From assembly GCA_051747585.1 (NCBI GenBank), contig JBNJGH010000001.1, forward strand, positions 60,733 to 81,734: a stretch of 21,002 nt of DNA, read 5' to 3'. Each line of letters starts with the position of its first letter. Position 1 is the stretch's first letter. This document shows positions 6,577 through 15,299 of this stretch, one piece after another. The notes below the pieces were generated by a model. That model was not told the DNA's origin and searched no databases. It saw nothing but the letters and a program-made list of their open reading frames with translations. The DNA comes from Candidatus Rifleibacteriota bacterium. GTDB taxonomy: Bacteria; Muiribacteriota; Ozemobacteria; Ozemobacterales; Ozemobacteraceae. Position numbers and translations under genes: made by a program.

Positions 6577-7959
6577 TCAGGCGGCTGTTTGATTTTTACG
6601 GTTTTTGAGTTGGCAAATGATTTCGGGGCAGATTTTGTTGATGTCCCTCGCGCCCATCACAAGAACCATATCGCCAGATATTGCTTTCGAACTTATGTGA
6701 TTTACAAGTTCATTCCGGTCTTCAATATTGTAAGCCTGAGAAAACTTTTGCTGAACTTCTTTAATTATTTCATTGGAAGAGATGTCTTTGTTTACGGTAC
6801 CGCCGGCATAAAAGATTTTATCGAGGAATAAAAATTCATCGGCTTGTAGATTGCTGAAGACTTTTACCAGATCGTCGCGGGTAAAGCGGGCAGGACCAAA
6901 GCCATGGGGTTGATACACAATAAACCTTCGCCTCGAAGATTTACGGGCAGTTTTTATCGCAGCTTCAATTTCTACCGGGTTATGAGCAAAATCATCGATT
7001 ACCGTCACACCGTCAACCATACCAACTTTTTCGAATCTGCGCTTCATTCCGGGAAAAGCCTTTATGGCTTCTGCTATTTGGTCTAACTCAAGACCGGTCT
7101 GCCGGCATAATACTATTGCAGCCAAAGCATTGAGCACGTTGTGTTCGCCGGGCATTTTTAATTCAAATTTTGTATTTTCAAAAATAAAAGAGGCCTGATC
7201 GTTATCTATAGAAACTCCGGTGGCAATATAGTCGCAGTCGCTGCTGAACCCATAGGTTTGTATCGGGTTTTTAGATAAAAGTGTAAGTTCTTTTGCCAGT
7301 TGATCCTGGCCGCAGACTAGTTTGAGGCCATTTTCAGCAGTGTTGTCAAGAAAGGTTCTGAATAGCTCGAGCAATTCTTCGGGTGATTTATGATCACGGG
7401 AAATATTTGTAACTACTGAAGCCCAGGGACGGTATTTGACTATTGAACCGTCTGATTCATCTGCTTCGATAATAAAGTGTTCGCCTTTTCCGCGCAGGGC
7501 ATTGGTATTCAGCCCCGAGATAATACCTCCTACGGCACAGGAGGGGTCTATGCCGGCAAATTTTAGAATCCAGGCAATCAGCCCGGTTGTGGTTGTCTTA
7601 CCTGCAGTGCCACCAATAGCGAGACCTTTTTTTTGATTGAACATTTTTGCCAGAAGATCTGAGCGCATGATTTGTTTGAGTTCGAGTTTTCTGGCGGTAA
7701 CTATATCGGGGACATGATCTTCAACAGCTGTAGATTTAACAATGTTAAAATCTGATTCTGTGAGGTTATGATCTTTCATGAATTCTTCCGGCCCCTGGCC
7801 GTTCTGAGAGTAAATTTTAATGCCGAGTTTTTTTAATTGTCGGCAATATTCTCCATCGAGATTTCTGTCTGAACCTGCCACTTTATGGCCTGATTCATGT
7901 AGTATTCTGGCAAGGCCGCTCATTCCCATGCCGCCAATTCCGACAAAAAAAGCGTTCAT
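6577..7959 (-). CDS. murC: MurC-family Mur ligase (UDP-N-acetylmuramate--L-alanine ligase-like, divergent subtype)
   Basis: VGIGGMGMSGLA, P-loop GTAGKTTTT, EADESDG, TNISRDH, GEHNVLNA, GMKRRFE, DDFAHNP, QPH, LVMGA. Some canonical residues differ (see findings). Confidence 0.8.
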   Translation of the reverse strand: MNAFFVGIGGMGMSGLARILHESGHKVAGSDRNLDGEYCRQLKKLGIKIYSQNGQGPEEFMKDHNLTESDFNIVKSTAVEDHVPDIVTARKLELKQIMRSDLLAKMFNQKKGLAIGGTAGKTTTTGLIAWILKFAGIDPSCAVGGIISGLNTNALRGKGEHFIIEADESDGSIVKYRPWASVVTNISRDHKSPEELLELFRTFLDNTAENGLKLVCGQDQLAKELTLLSKNPIQTYGFSSDCDYIATGVSIDNDQASFIFENTKFELKMPGEHNVLNALAAIVLCRQTGLELDQIAEAIKAFPGMKRRFEKVGMVDGVTVIDDFAHNPVEIEAAIKTARKSSRRRFIVYQPHGFGPARFTRDDLVKVFSNLQADEFLFLDKIFYAGGTVNKDISSNEIIKEVQQKFSQAYNIEDRNELVNHISSKAISGDMVLVMGARDINKICPEIICQLKNRKNQTAA

Positions 7960-8001
7960 TGTTGTGCCTCCGTTATTAGTTGCCTTAATTATTTAAAACT
8001 T

Positions 8002-8640
8002 TTATGGTTCTGTTGTAAAGGCGAAGTCTCTTGAAAAACTTCTGGTAGAGTCAAGATTGTAGCGCGAAGCGGCTATTCTGAAATGATAAGTTGTGTCTGG
8101 CAACAGCTCATATAGCTGAATCCGGTGCTTCTTTTTCAGCTCGGTTTCAGCATAACTGGAATAGCCATAAAGTTCGCTTGTACCATATTCGACATGTCCG
8201 TCTGATTCTATGTCTGTTTCCCATTCTATAACTGCAGAGGTGTCATATAACAATGGTACCGAAACTGAGACGACATTGGGTGCCGGAATCAATTTTACGT
8301 CTGTAACCCTGAAAGTAAGATTGTTTTCGATTTGAATATCGGATTGAATAAGCTCGAGATTGCCATCGCTGCTTTGAAACATCAACTGATAGCGACCGGG
8401 GCGCAAGCTGGCGACAAAATTGCCTTCTGCGTCTGTTTTTACTGGTATTTTTTCTTTATCATTCATGACAATAAGGTTGCTGTCTGTTAAATGCGGAAGT
8501 TTCCCGGCCAGAGTTCCGTTCTCGATGTCTGTTCGTGAACTGGTAAGACAACCGGAAAGTAGAATTGTTAAAGTGAGAACACAGGTTAAAACCAGTCTTT
8601 TTAATCCTTTTTGAGGCATGAAAAAAAGTTGTAAAATCAT
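8002..8640 (-). CDS. Lipoprotein with carboxypeptidase-regulatory-like beta-sandwich and fibronectin type III-like domains
   Basis: LLSGC lipobox; TDAEGNF..LRPGRY; SAVIEWETD..VEYGT..HRIQLYELLPDTTYHFRI is Fn3-like. AGGAG SD; ATG 8640 overlaps the upstream TGA (alternative starts TTG 8643, ATG 8619). Confidence 0.8.
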   Translation of the reverse strand: MILQLFFMPQKGLKRLVLTCVLTLTILLSGCLTSSRTDIENGTLAGKLPHLTDSNLIVMNDKEKIPVKTDAEGNFVASLRPGRYQLMFQSSDGNLELIQSDIQIENNLTFRVTDVKLIPAPNVVSVSVPLLYDTSAVIEWETDIESDGHVEYGTSELYGYSSYAETELKKKHRIQLYELLPDTTYHFRIAASRYNLDSTRSFSRDFAFTTEP

Positions 8641-10310
8641 CAAAATTGTTCTCCTGCCGGACCGACATCAACTTTGGTTGCTGTCAGTTCTCCGTAACCG
8701 TTTTTAAAGAATTTCAAGTCATATTCGCCCGGTGGAATGTTGTAGAAAATATATTCTCCCATTGAGTCGGTTTCGGTATTGTATTTGGTTCCGGGAATCG
8801 TTACTCTTACTCTTCTAAGTGGCCTGTTAGTTCGTTCATCTGTGACTCTGCCCTTCAAAACTCCCATGCGCAGGTCAACCGCAACTTTTAATCTCGAAAA
8901 CATCATGCCACTAACCTTTGATAGAAGTCGCCAGCTGTCGTTTTCATAGATCAGGGTAAAAATTTCACTGCCCCGGTCTTCGTAGCGTATGCTCCAGTCT
9001 CTTGTAAGAGCTGAAAGGCGATAGTTCAGGTGGACAAGGATGCGGTTGTCGCGAAACTCGTAGCGAAACGGGTGCAGGGCAAATCTTATATCGGTGTAAT
9101 TTCTTAAAATGTCTTCAGACATTTTAACGAAGTCGTAGTAGCTGTTGCCCTGCCAGTCGCGATAATCTCTGGAAACATGATTGCGTAGCCATATATGATC
9201 TCGCCGGCTCATTGCTCTGGTAAGGTCTTTGCAGAACTGGCGTGCAATCTGCTTTTTGCTGCGGCGGTTATGAACAGAAAAGCCTGCCTTGAAGATGCGC
9301 ACTCTTCTTTGCTGTGAATCAACCATCTGTATCGCCAGAAGAAACTCAGGTATAGAAGGAACGGGGAATACAACTTCATGAAACCCGTCTGAACCTTCGC
9401 GCACTGGATAAACAAGATTTTTACTCAGGTAGAGTTCAAAACGATGTTTTACCGACGGGTAGGGTGAGATTTTAAATTTTAGATGCACCTTTTTTAATAT
9501 CTGATCTTCGCCTGAATCAAGAACATAAAACCCATCTTTATTTGTGGGAATATTGGCAAGGAATTTGTTGTTTAATTTTACCGAATTTATTTTAAAGGGA
9601 ATTTCGAGGGAAGTTGTTTTATGTAATCTATTGAATTTGTTTAGCCAGCTTGAAAACCTTCTGAAAGATTCGTATTCGCTTTGGGTATTGAACATTTGCT
9701 GAGGATATTTTTTCCCTTCTGAATCAATTTTCAGGCTGTAACTTTCGGGTATAATTTCAGGAGTTGAAGCTCCACTCAACCTGCAGCTGGCCTGGCCTTT
9801 AAGTGCTCTGATTATTTCGTGCTTTTCATTGGAATGAATAGATGTTTCGCCATGATTAACAACCAGGTTTGAATGACGCCCTTCAATTTCAATCAGACCA
9901 GAGTCATAAGCAGAAACCATGAGCCGGGCTTTAAAAATCTGGATACACATTTGCGGTAGCTTGTCGGGATGAATGGTGAAACGAACTGACGAACCGGGTT
10001 TTAGCAGAATAAGATTGTCAGCAGACCAGGCAAGAACTGCATAGCCGTTATTACCTGTTCTTAAAGAGTCACCATGCATAAATGACTGATGTTCTTGTAC
10101 GGGGTTCCAGTCTTTTTCGTTGAAATTGCGGTAATATACCGGCCCATCACTTGCCAGAAGGGTTAAATGATCTTGCACATAGCCGTGATTTGAAATTCCG
10201 GCCAGAAATCTGGGTTCTTCTTTAGCCGTTAATGAATGAGCCTGGCTTAGTGCCAGTAAAATTGTCATAATTATCAGGCCGGAAAATTTATATTTTTTTC
10301 TATAATTCAT
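8640..10310 (-). CDS. Secreted multidomain protein: FecR-like N-terminal domain, possible NTF2/SnoaL-like segment, C-terminal carboxypeptidase-regulatory-like domain
   Basis: Signal peptide; GPVYY..W..GDSLRTGNNGYAVL FecR-like pattern; VSRDYRD..FTLIYENDSWRL NTF2-like; GRVTDERTNRPL..TDSMGEYIFYNIPPGEY. Confidence 0.75.
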   Translation of the reverse strand: MNYRKKYKFSGLIIMTILLALSQAHSLTAKEEPRFLAGISNHGYVQDHLTLLASDGPVYYRNFNEKDWNPVQEHQSFMHGDSLRTGNNGYAVLAWSADNLILLKPGSSVRFTIHPDKLPQMCIQIFKARLMVSAYDSGLIEIEGRHSNLVVNHGETSIHSNEKHEIIRALKGQASCRLSGASTPEIIPESYSLKIDSEGKKYPQQMFNTQSEYESFRRFSSWLNKFNRLHKTTSLEIPFKINSVKLNNKFLANIPTNKDGFYVLDSGEDQILKKVHLKFKISPYPSVKHRFELYLSKNLVYPVREGSDGFHEVVFPVPSIPEFLLAIQMVDSQQRRVRIFKAGFSVHNRRSKKQIARQFCKDLTRAMSRRDHIWLRNHVSRDYRDWQGNSYYDFVKMSEDILRNYTDIRFALHPFRYEFRDNRILVHLNYRLSALTRDWSIRYEDRGSEIFTLIYENDSWRLLSKVSGMMFSRLKVAVDLRMGVLKGRVTDERTNRPLRRVRVTIPGTKYNTETDSMGEYIFYNIPPGEYDLKFFKNGYGELTATKVDVGPAGEQF

Positions 10311-12190
10311 TAAAAAGCCCTCAAATATCTTAATCTGGCAGTGTAATCGTCGAAGGTTCTCTCGTCATTGTTGTAGCTACTGCGGCTTCCTTCAAGATTG
10401 AGTATTAATCTGGTAGTCGGATTATACTCGCGGGTTAGCGAAAAGTTCACGCGGTCATGAATTGAATCTGCGCCAAAAGTGTTTGGCTCGACGGACTCAC
10501 GCAAATAATCAAGATCGATAAAAATATTTTCATGGAATTTTGATCGCCCGCCAAAGCCGTAAAATTCTGTCTGGTCCATTCCACCGGCTCTTTTATAGCT
10601 GAGTTTTTCGAGACTGAAAGAGCTGTATACCTGACGGAAGCGGTCATATTCCCAGGTTAGTTTGAAATCGAAGCGCTGAATGTCTCTATCATTCAAAACA
10701 TTTACATCGTCTTTGTCGATTGTCTGGCTCAAACCTGCATAATAAAGCATCTCGCCGGCCTGGTGATTGATTTCCATCCACATAAGATCTATGTAGCGAT
10801 CCATAAATCCTGAATTGTCTGAATATTCATGTAGTGGCTGGTAGAAAAAATCAATTCTGAGATTGGAATAATAATCACTGGGTTTGAGAGTAACCTGCAG
10901 TTCAGGCTGGTCTCTTACTATGGTTGAGCGTTGATAGTTTTCAATGTTGTCGCGGGAGAGTCTCTGACTGAAACGGGCAGATATGTATTGATTCAACTCG
11001 TAATAGAAGCGGGCATAATAACTGCGTTCATCTCTGGGACTCTGCCCCAGCGGAGAAAGAAAAGCGGTCTCGGCACTCTCTATACCGGCTTCAACTCGGG
11101 CATTTTCGTGGTTGTAGGTAGCCTGAATTTTATAGGCATCGCCTTTTTGTTCGCCCTGATTATCGCGCTTGTCAAAATCAGTATCGCTCTGTGCTACCTC
11201 TGCATCGAGATAAATATTATCTGTTGGTTTTACCCTGAGGTCCATTGAATAAAGACGATTTGCAATTGCCGGCAGACGGTTGTCTGAGCCGGCATTGTCG
11301 CGCTCGTCTTCGGTGCCGACCATGTTCAGGCCAATTGTGAAAGATTCATCACGGGAATGTTCCAGGCGCACACCACCAACGTAGCGTGGATTTTTTAAAT
11401 CATCTTTTTCAGTTGCGTAATATCCGGCAAAGCCGCTTAGGGTAGTATAATCAAACTCCTGTTTGCCATAAACTCCCAGAAGATTTTGAGTCATTGAGTA
11501 ATCAGACATACGTGGAAATGCATGCCCGAGTACCAGTCTGGATTTGGGTGTCCTTGAGTCAAGAGTAAACTGGTTTAGATTGAAACCATCTCTGTAGGGT
11601 CTGGGGTCATTTGTATAGGTTGTGTCTAAATTAAGAGCTATCGAATCGCCGCTGCTGTTTGAAGAAAAAAGTTCATAACGCACATTTTCTTCATAGAATT
11701 GCCCTTCATCGCGGTATGAGTATTCGCTGTCGCCATTTGTCGATACCGTATAAATACTTGTGTCGGTGTAAAGATTTGAGCTGAACAATCTTTCTTCTTC
11801 CCACTCATTCATATCATAATGATTATCTGGTCTTGAATCTATGATGGGCAGGCTTTGGGCAGGTTCGGGCGGTCTTTGTTCTGAAGCCGGAATAAAAACT
11901 ATCCTGTGGGGATTGTTAACAGAGCTGTCAAAACGAGGATCAGCAGCAGTAGAAACTTGAGAATCGGGTTTGATAACCGCTGGTGTGTAAGTAACAGGTT
12001 TTTTAAGCTCGGGAATCGCAAGAGGGTTGAAGCCCCTGAGATTAGAACTGGTATGCAAAGGAACCGAACGTTTTTCCTGAGGGATCTTACGTTCGGTTAT
12101 AGAATCATTTTTTCTGGCGGTAAAGCCGCTTCCGAAAAAAACCAGAAGCGCCGCCAGAAGAATAAGCTGTTTTCTGGCGGGCAACTTCAT
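10310..12190 (-). CDS. Putative outer-membrane beta-barrel protein
   Basis: N-terminal signal-like hydrophobic segment, Pro-rich linker, then many alternating beta-strands rich in D/Y/S/R; ends RLRYLRAF (terminal Phe beta-signal); TAATG overlap with the next gene. Confidence 0.7.
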   Translation of the reverse strand: MKLPARKQLILLAALLVFFGSGFTARKNDSITERKIPQEKRSVPLHTSSNLRGFNPLAIPELKKPVTYTPAVIKPDSQVSTAADPRFDSSVNNPHRIVFIPASEQRPPEPAQSLPIIDSRPDNHYDMNEWEEERLFSSNLYTDTSIYTVSTNGDSEYSYRDEGQFYEENVRYELFSSNSSGDSIALNLDTTYTNDPRPYRDGFNLNQFTLDSRTPKSRLVLGHAFPRMSDYSMTQNLLGVYGKQEFDYTTLSGFAGYYATEKDDLKNPRYVGGVRLEHSRDESFTIGLNMVGTEDERDNAGSDNRLPAIANRLYSMDLRVKPTDNIYLDAEVAQSDTDFDKRDNQGEQKGDAYKIQATYNHENARVEAGIESAETAFLSPLGQSPRDERSYYARFYYELNQYISARFSQRLSRDNIENYQRSTIVRDQPELQVTLKPSDYYSNLRIDFFYQPLHEYSDNSGFMDRYIDLMWMEINHQAGEMLYYAGLSQTIDKDDVNVLNDRDIQRFDFKLTWEYDRFRQVYSSFSLEKLSYKRAGGMDQTEFYGFGGRSKFHENIFIDLDYLRESVEPNTFGADSIHDRVNFSLTREYNPTTRLILNLEGSRSSYNNDERTFDDYTARLRYLRAF

Positions 12191-12223
12191 TTGTTTTGTA
12201 AGCTTAACAATTTGATTAACCTG

Positions 12224-14005
12224 TTATTTTACGTATGACAGTGGGTTTACGGTTTTTCCATTTTTTCTTACTTCAAAGTGAGTATGATTACCTGTAGCAA
12301 CTCCGGTAGCACCAACCCTGGCTATCAGCTGTCCGGCTCTCACGTGCTGTCCTTTTCTTACCAGCAGAGATGAGCAGTGAGCATATCTGGTAGAATAGCC
12401 ATGTTTGTGCCGTAAAATAATCATTTTTCCATATCCGGATCTTCGTCCGGCGTAGATTACTTTTCCGCCGATTGAAGCAGCTATCGGTGTTCCTCTTGGT
12501 GCTGCAATGTCAACGCCGGCATGGAACATTCGCTTGTGATATACCGGGTGCTTTCTGTAGCCATATTTGCTTGAAAGCCTTCCTCTTACCGGCATTTTCA
12601 TGAATTTACCTGAATAGCTGTTTTTTTGAGCGATGCGATATTTTCTTTTGTTGGCAGGAACTTTAAGTTTCTGTCCAGCTTTAACCACTGTGCTTTGCAA
12701 ATCGTTTTCGTCAGCAATTGCGCCAATAGTTGAGTGGTATCTTCGGGCGATAATTGAAAGGCATTCGCCTTTTCTTACCTTGTGACTGACAATTTTTATT
12801 TTTTTATTTTTTGCTTTTGATTTTTTTACAACTCGGTAGAGTTTTTTACCCGGGCTGAGTTTAAGTTTGTCCCCAATATGAAGAAGATTTGATTTAAGAT
12901 TGTTTTCGCTTTTAATTTGAGCTACGGTGGTATCATATTTATGAGAAATTTTAAGCAGATTGTCGCCTTTAACTACTTTATAGACCAGGCTTTTGGGTAG
13001 CTTTTTCTTTTCTTCTTTTTTGCCCTTTGCTTTAACAGCTTTAGTATCAGTTTTTAAAGACGCTTTTTTGCTGGTTTCAGCCTTTTCCTTCTTGGCTTTG
13101 GCAGTATTTACAACTGGCGGTTCTTCCATCAGATCTTTTTTGGAGAACTTGATTTTGGGTTTGGTTGCCGGCGCTTTAGCCATTTGCAGACGATTAAGAT
13201 TGATTTTTTTTAATTTTGGTTTGTTGGGGATAAGGTTGAGATTATCTTTTTTAACCAGTTTTAAATTATTTTCTGTTTTTTGTGTTTTGCTGCCGGAAAC
13301 AATTTCAAGGTTCTTTTCAATATTGGTTTTAACCGGAATTTTGAGTTTCTGGTCAGCTTTTAATTTGTAAGATTTTAAAGAATTGTGTGCTATAAGGCTT
13401 TTTAACGGGATGTGAAAGCGGCTGGCGATTTTAGAAAGAGAGTCGCCTCTTTTTACTGTATAGGTCATATTGCTCGAAGGCAATGGAACTTTAATTGTCT
13501 GGCCGGCTCTGACAACGTGCTCGTTTTTAAGACTGTTTGCGTTTTTAAGAGCGTCGGTTCTTGAATTAAAAAGTTTTGCAATTCGGGAAAGAGAATCGCC
13601 GGGTTGAACCTGATATTCTATGTAAGCCTTATCTTTGCTTGCTGAAGTCTTATTAGAGGCGGCGACAAATTTGGCTTTTACCGATTTGATTATTTTTTCC
13701 GGTTTAGTTTCAGGAGCCGAAGCCTTAGAAATAATAGTTTCTGTTTTTGTAGCAGAATTCCTGGCGGGTGTGGAATCCCTGGGCAATTTTTCTGCTTCAT
13801 TTTTATCAGGATTTTTAGAGCTGTCTGCATTTGCAACTTTGAAGCCTTTTAAAAAAGGATTGTTTTGAAAAGTACTTTCGATTGCAAAAGCTGTGTCGCC
13901 TTCTTTGTTGATAAGTCTGTCAATAGTTATTGCAGAAGTTTCGAGGGCAACGATAGCTAGTAAAATTAATACTGAATAGTGCCTTGCTCTTAGATTATTC
14001 CACAC
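12224..14005 (-). CDS. LysM (x4) + M23 family peptidoglycan endopeptidase
   Basis: GTG start with GGAG SD; four LysM units (YQVQPGDSL, YTVKRGDSL, YKVVKGDNL, HKVRKGECL); M23 motifs HAGVD, YAH, TGNHTHFEVR; Lys-rich linkers. Confidence 0.95.
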   Translation of the reverse strand: MWNNLRARHYSVLILLAIVALETSAITIDRLINKEGDTAFAIESTFQNNPFLKGFKVANADSSKNPDKNEAEKLPRDSTPARNSATKTETIISKASAPETKPEKIIKSVKAKFVAASNKTSASKDKAYIEYQVQPGDSLSRIAKLFNSRTDALKNANSLKNEHVVRAGQTIKVPLPSSNMTYTVKRGDSLSKIASRFHIPLKSLIAHNSLKSYKLKADQKLKIPVKTNIEKNLEIVSGSKTQKTENNLKLVKKDNLNLIPNKPKLKKINLNRLQMAKAPATKPKIKFSKKDLMEEPPVVNTAKAKKEKAETSKKASLKTDTKAVKAKGKKEEKKKLPKSLVYKVVKGDNLLKISHKYDTTVAQIKSENNLKSNLLHIGDKLKLSPGKKLYRVVKKSKAKNKKIKIVSHKVRKGECLSIIARRYHSTIGAIADENDLQSTVVKAGQKLKVPANKRKYRIAQKNSYSGKFMKMPVRGRLSSKYGYRKHPVYHKRMFHAGVDIAAPRGTPIAASIGGKVIYAGRRSGYGKMIILRHKHGYSTRYAHCSSLLVRKGQHVRAGQLIARVGATGVATGNHTHFEVRKNGKTVNPLSYVK

Positions 14006-14232
14006 ATTGCGCTCCTTGCATTTTCCGTTAACCGGAATTTTCTTTTCTAATTTGAAAAATCATCCATGATCTTTCCTTTGCTTCGTAGTAAATGAATCGA
14101 CAAAATACAGACAATTCCTTAGCGGAATAATTAAATTTGTGAAAAAGCAAATTGATATTGGACTAAACAACTTCATTTGTGATATTGTTACCATTCAAAA
14201 CTGCATGGATTTGTAGTTGATTACTTACCCCA

Positions 14233-14706
14233 ATGGAGACAGAATCAGTGAGTAAGAAACCACCGGAATTAACATGGCAGGATAAAGCGATTTTAATTGC
14301 AATACCTATAGTTGTTTTTACAATCTTTCTGGTTGCAAACTATTTCAGCCAGGATGTTGATGTTGCTGCAGCTTATGAGCAGCAGCTTCCCAAGGTTGAG
14401 GTGCGCGATGGCGGCAATGTGGTTCAGGTATATCCTGTAGTTGCTACAGATTCGGTTAGCTGCCGTTTGAAAAGCCGGGCCGGCAACGTTGAATATGATT
14501 TTGTTTTTAACGTAACCGGTTCAGAAACAATGAAGTTTGAAATAGGGCGCCTTGTTCAATTTTATGGCCAGTATACTTATGGGCCTAAAGGCGGTAAGGT
14601 CGAGGCTCCGTTTAAAGGTAAATCGGGCCGAATGACCGGTTGGGCAATTTATGAAAACCACAGATTCGTTCCCGAAGAGACTGAAGCAGAAAAAGACAGC
14701 CTGTAG
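14233..14706 (+). CDS. Membrane-anchored DUF3465-like protein
   Basis: One TM (AILIAIPIVVFTIFLVA); VQFYGQYTYGPKGG..GWAIYENHRF resembles the DUF3465 C-terminal pattern. Start may be GTG 14248 (GGAG 9 nt upstream). Confidence 0.6.
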   Translation: METESVSKKPPELTWQDKAILIAIPIVVFTIFLVANYFSQDVDVAAAYEQQLPKVEVRDGGNVVQVYPVVATDSVSCRLKSRAGNVEYDFVFNVTGSETMKFEIGRLVQFYGQYTYGPKGGKVEAPFKGKSGRMTGWAIYENHRFVPEETEAEKDSL

Positions 14707-14713
14707 TTTTTAA

Positions 14714-15127
14714 CTATGGCTCGTTAACTATTTTAAGGCTGACCTGAGCAAGCCCGGCTATTTTCATTCCAAGCTCTTCGGCGGCTTTCTCAGAAAGGTC
14801 GATTATTCGTCCTTCTACGAAGGGGCCTCTATCGTTTATTCTAACTGTTACTTTTCTACCGTTTTCCAGATTTGTAACCTCAACCCAGGTCTGAAAAGGT
14901 AACTCCTTGTGAGCTGCGGTCATGGCATTGCGGTCGAACAATTCCCCTGAAGCCGTTGGTCGTCCTTGGTATTCGGCGCCATACCATGATGCTGTTCCGG
15001 TTTGAAAAGCTCCGGTAACAGTTGGGGTAACCGACAGATCGTTTTCTTGAGTCTTGTTGCCCATGCATCCGGTTAAAAATAAAGGCAGTATCAATAAAAA
15101 TATGGCCTGTGTAATTTTTTTTTTCAT
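14714..15127 (-). CDS. rlpA: RlpA-family lytic transglycosylase lipoprotein (DPBB domain only, no SPOR)
   Basis: LTGC lipobox; GTASWYG, TASGE, TAAHKELP, VRINDRGPF, RIIDLS. Confidence 0.95.
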   Translation of the reverse strand: MKKKITQAIFLLILPLFLTGCMGNKTQENDLSVTPTVTGAFQTGTASWYGAEYQGRPTASGELFDRNAMTAAHKELPFQTWVEVTNLENGRKVTVRINDRGPFVEGRIIDLSEKAAEELGMKIAGLAQVSLKIVNEP

Positions 15128-15137
15128 AGCGCAGCAG

Positions 15138-15164
15138 ACATCGGCAGGTTTTCAGGTCTTTTTA
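15138..15164 (-). promoter_or_regulatory. Putative sigma-28 (FliA/SigD) promoter upstream of rlpA
   Basis: Minus strand TAAA (15164-15161), 15 nt, GCCGATGT (15145-15138); consensus is TAAA-N15-GCCGATAA. Confidence 0.55.
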
Positions 15165-15229
15165 ATGCAAAGATTGAATATTTTGTCAATGATTTGAATT
15201 GGAAATCTGATGTTACAGCCGGGATGTCG

Positions 15230-15259
15230 TTGACAAATTTTATAGCATTAAGATAAGAT
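15230..15259 (+). promoter_or_regulatory. Putative sigma-70 promoter of the HAMP protein gene
   Basis: TTGACA (15230-15235), 18 nt, TAAGAT (15254-15259). Confidence 0.55.
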
Positions 15260-15299
15260 ACAATAGAAAATTGATTTATGCCTTACAGGAGGCCTCGTT

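Noticed and set aside
12993..13868. Hydrophobic plus-strand ORFs 12993-13370 and 13635-13868
   Set aside because: Antisense mirror of the Lys-rich linkers of the LysM-M23 gene (AAA read as TTT).
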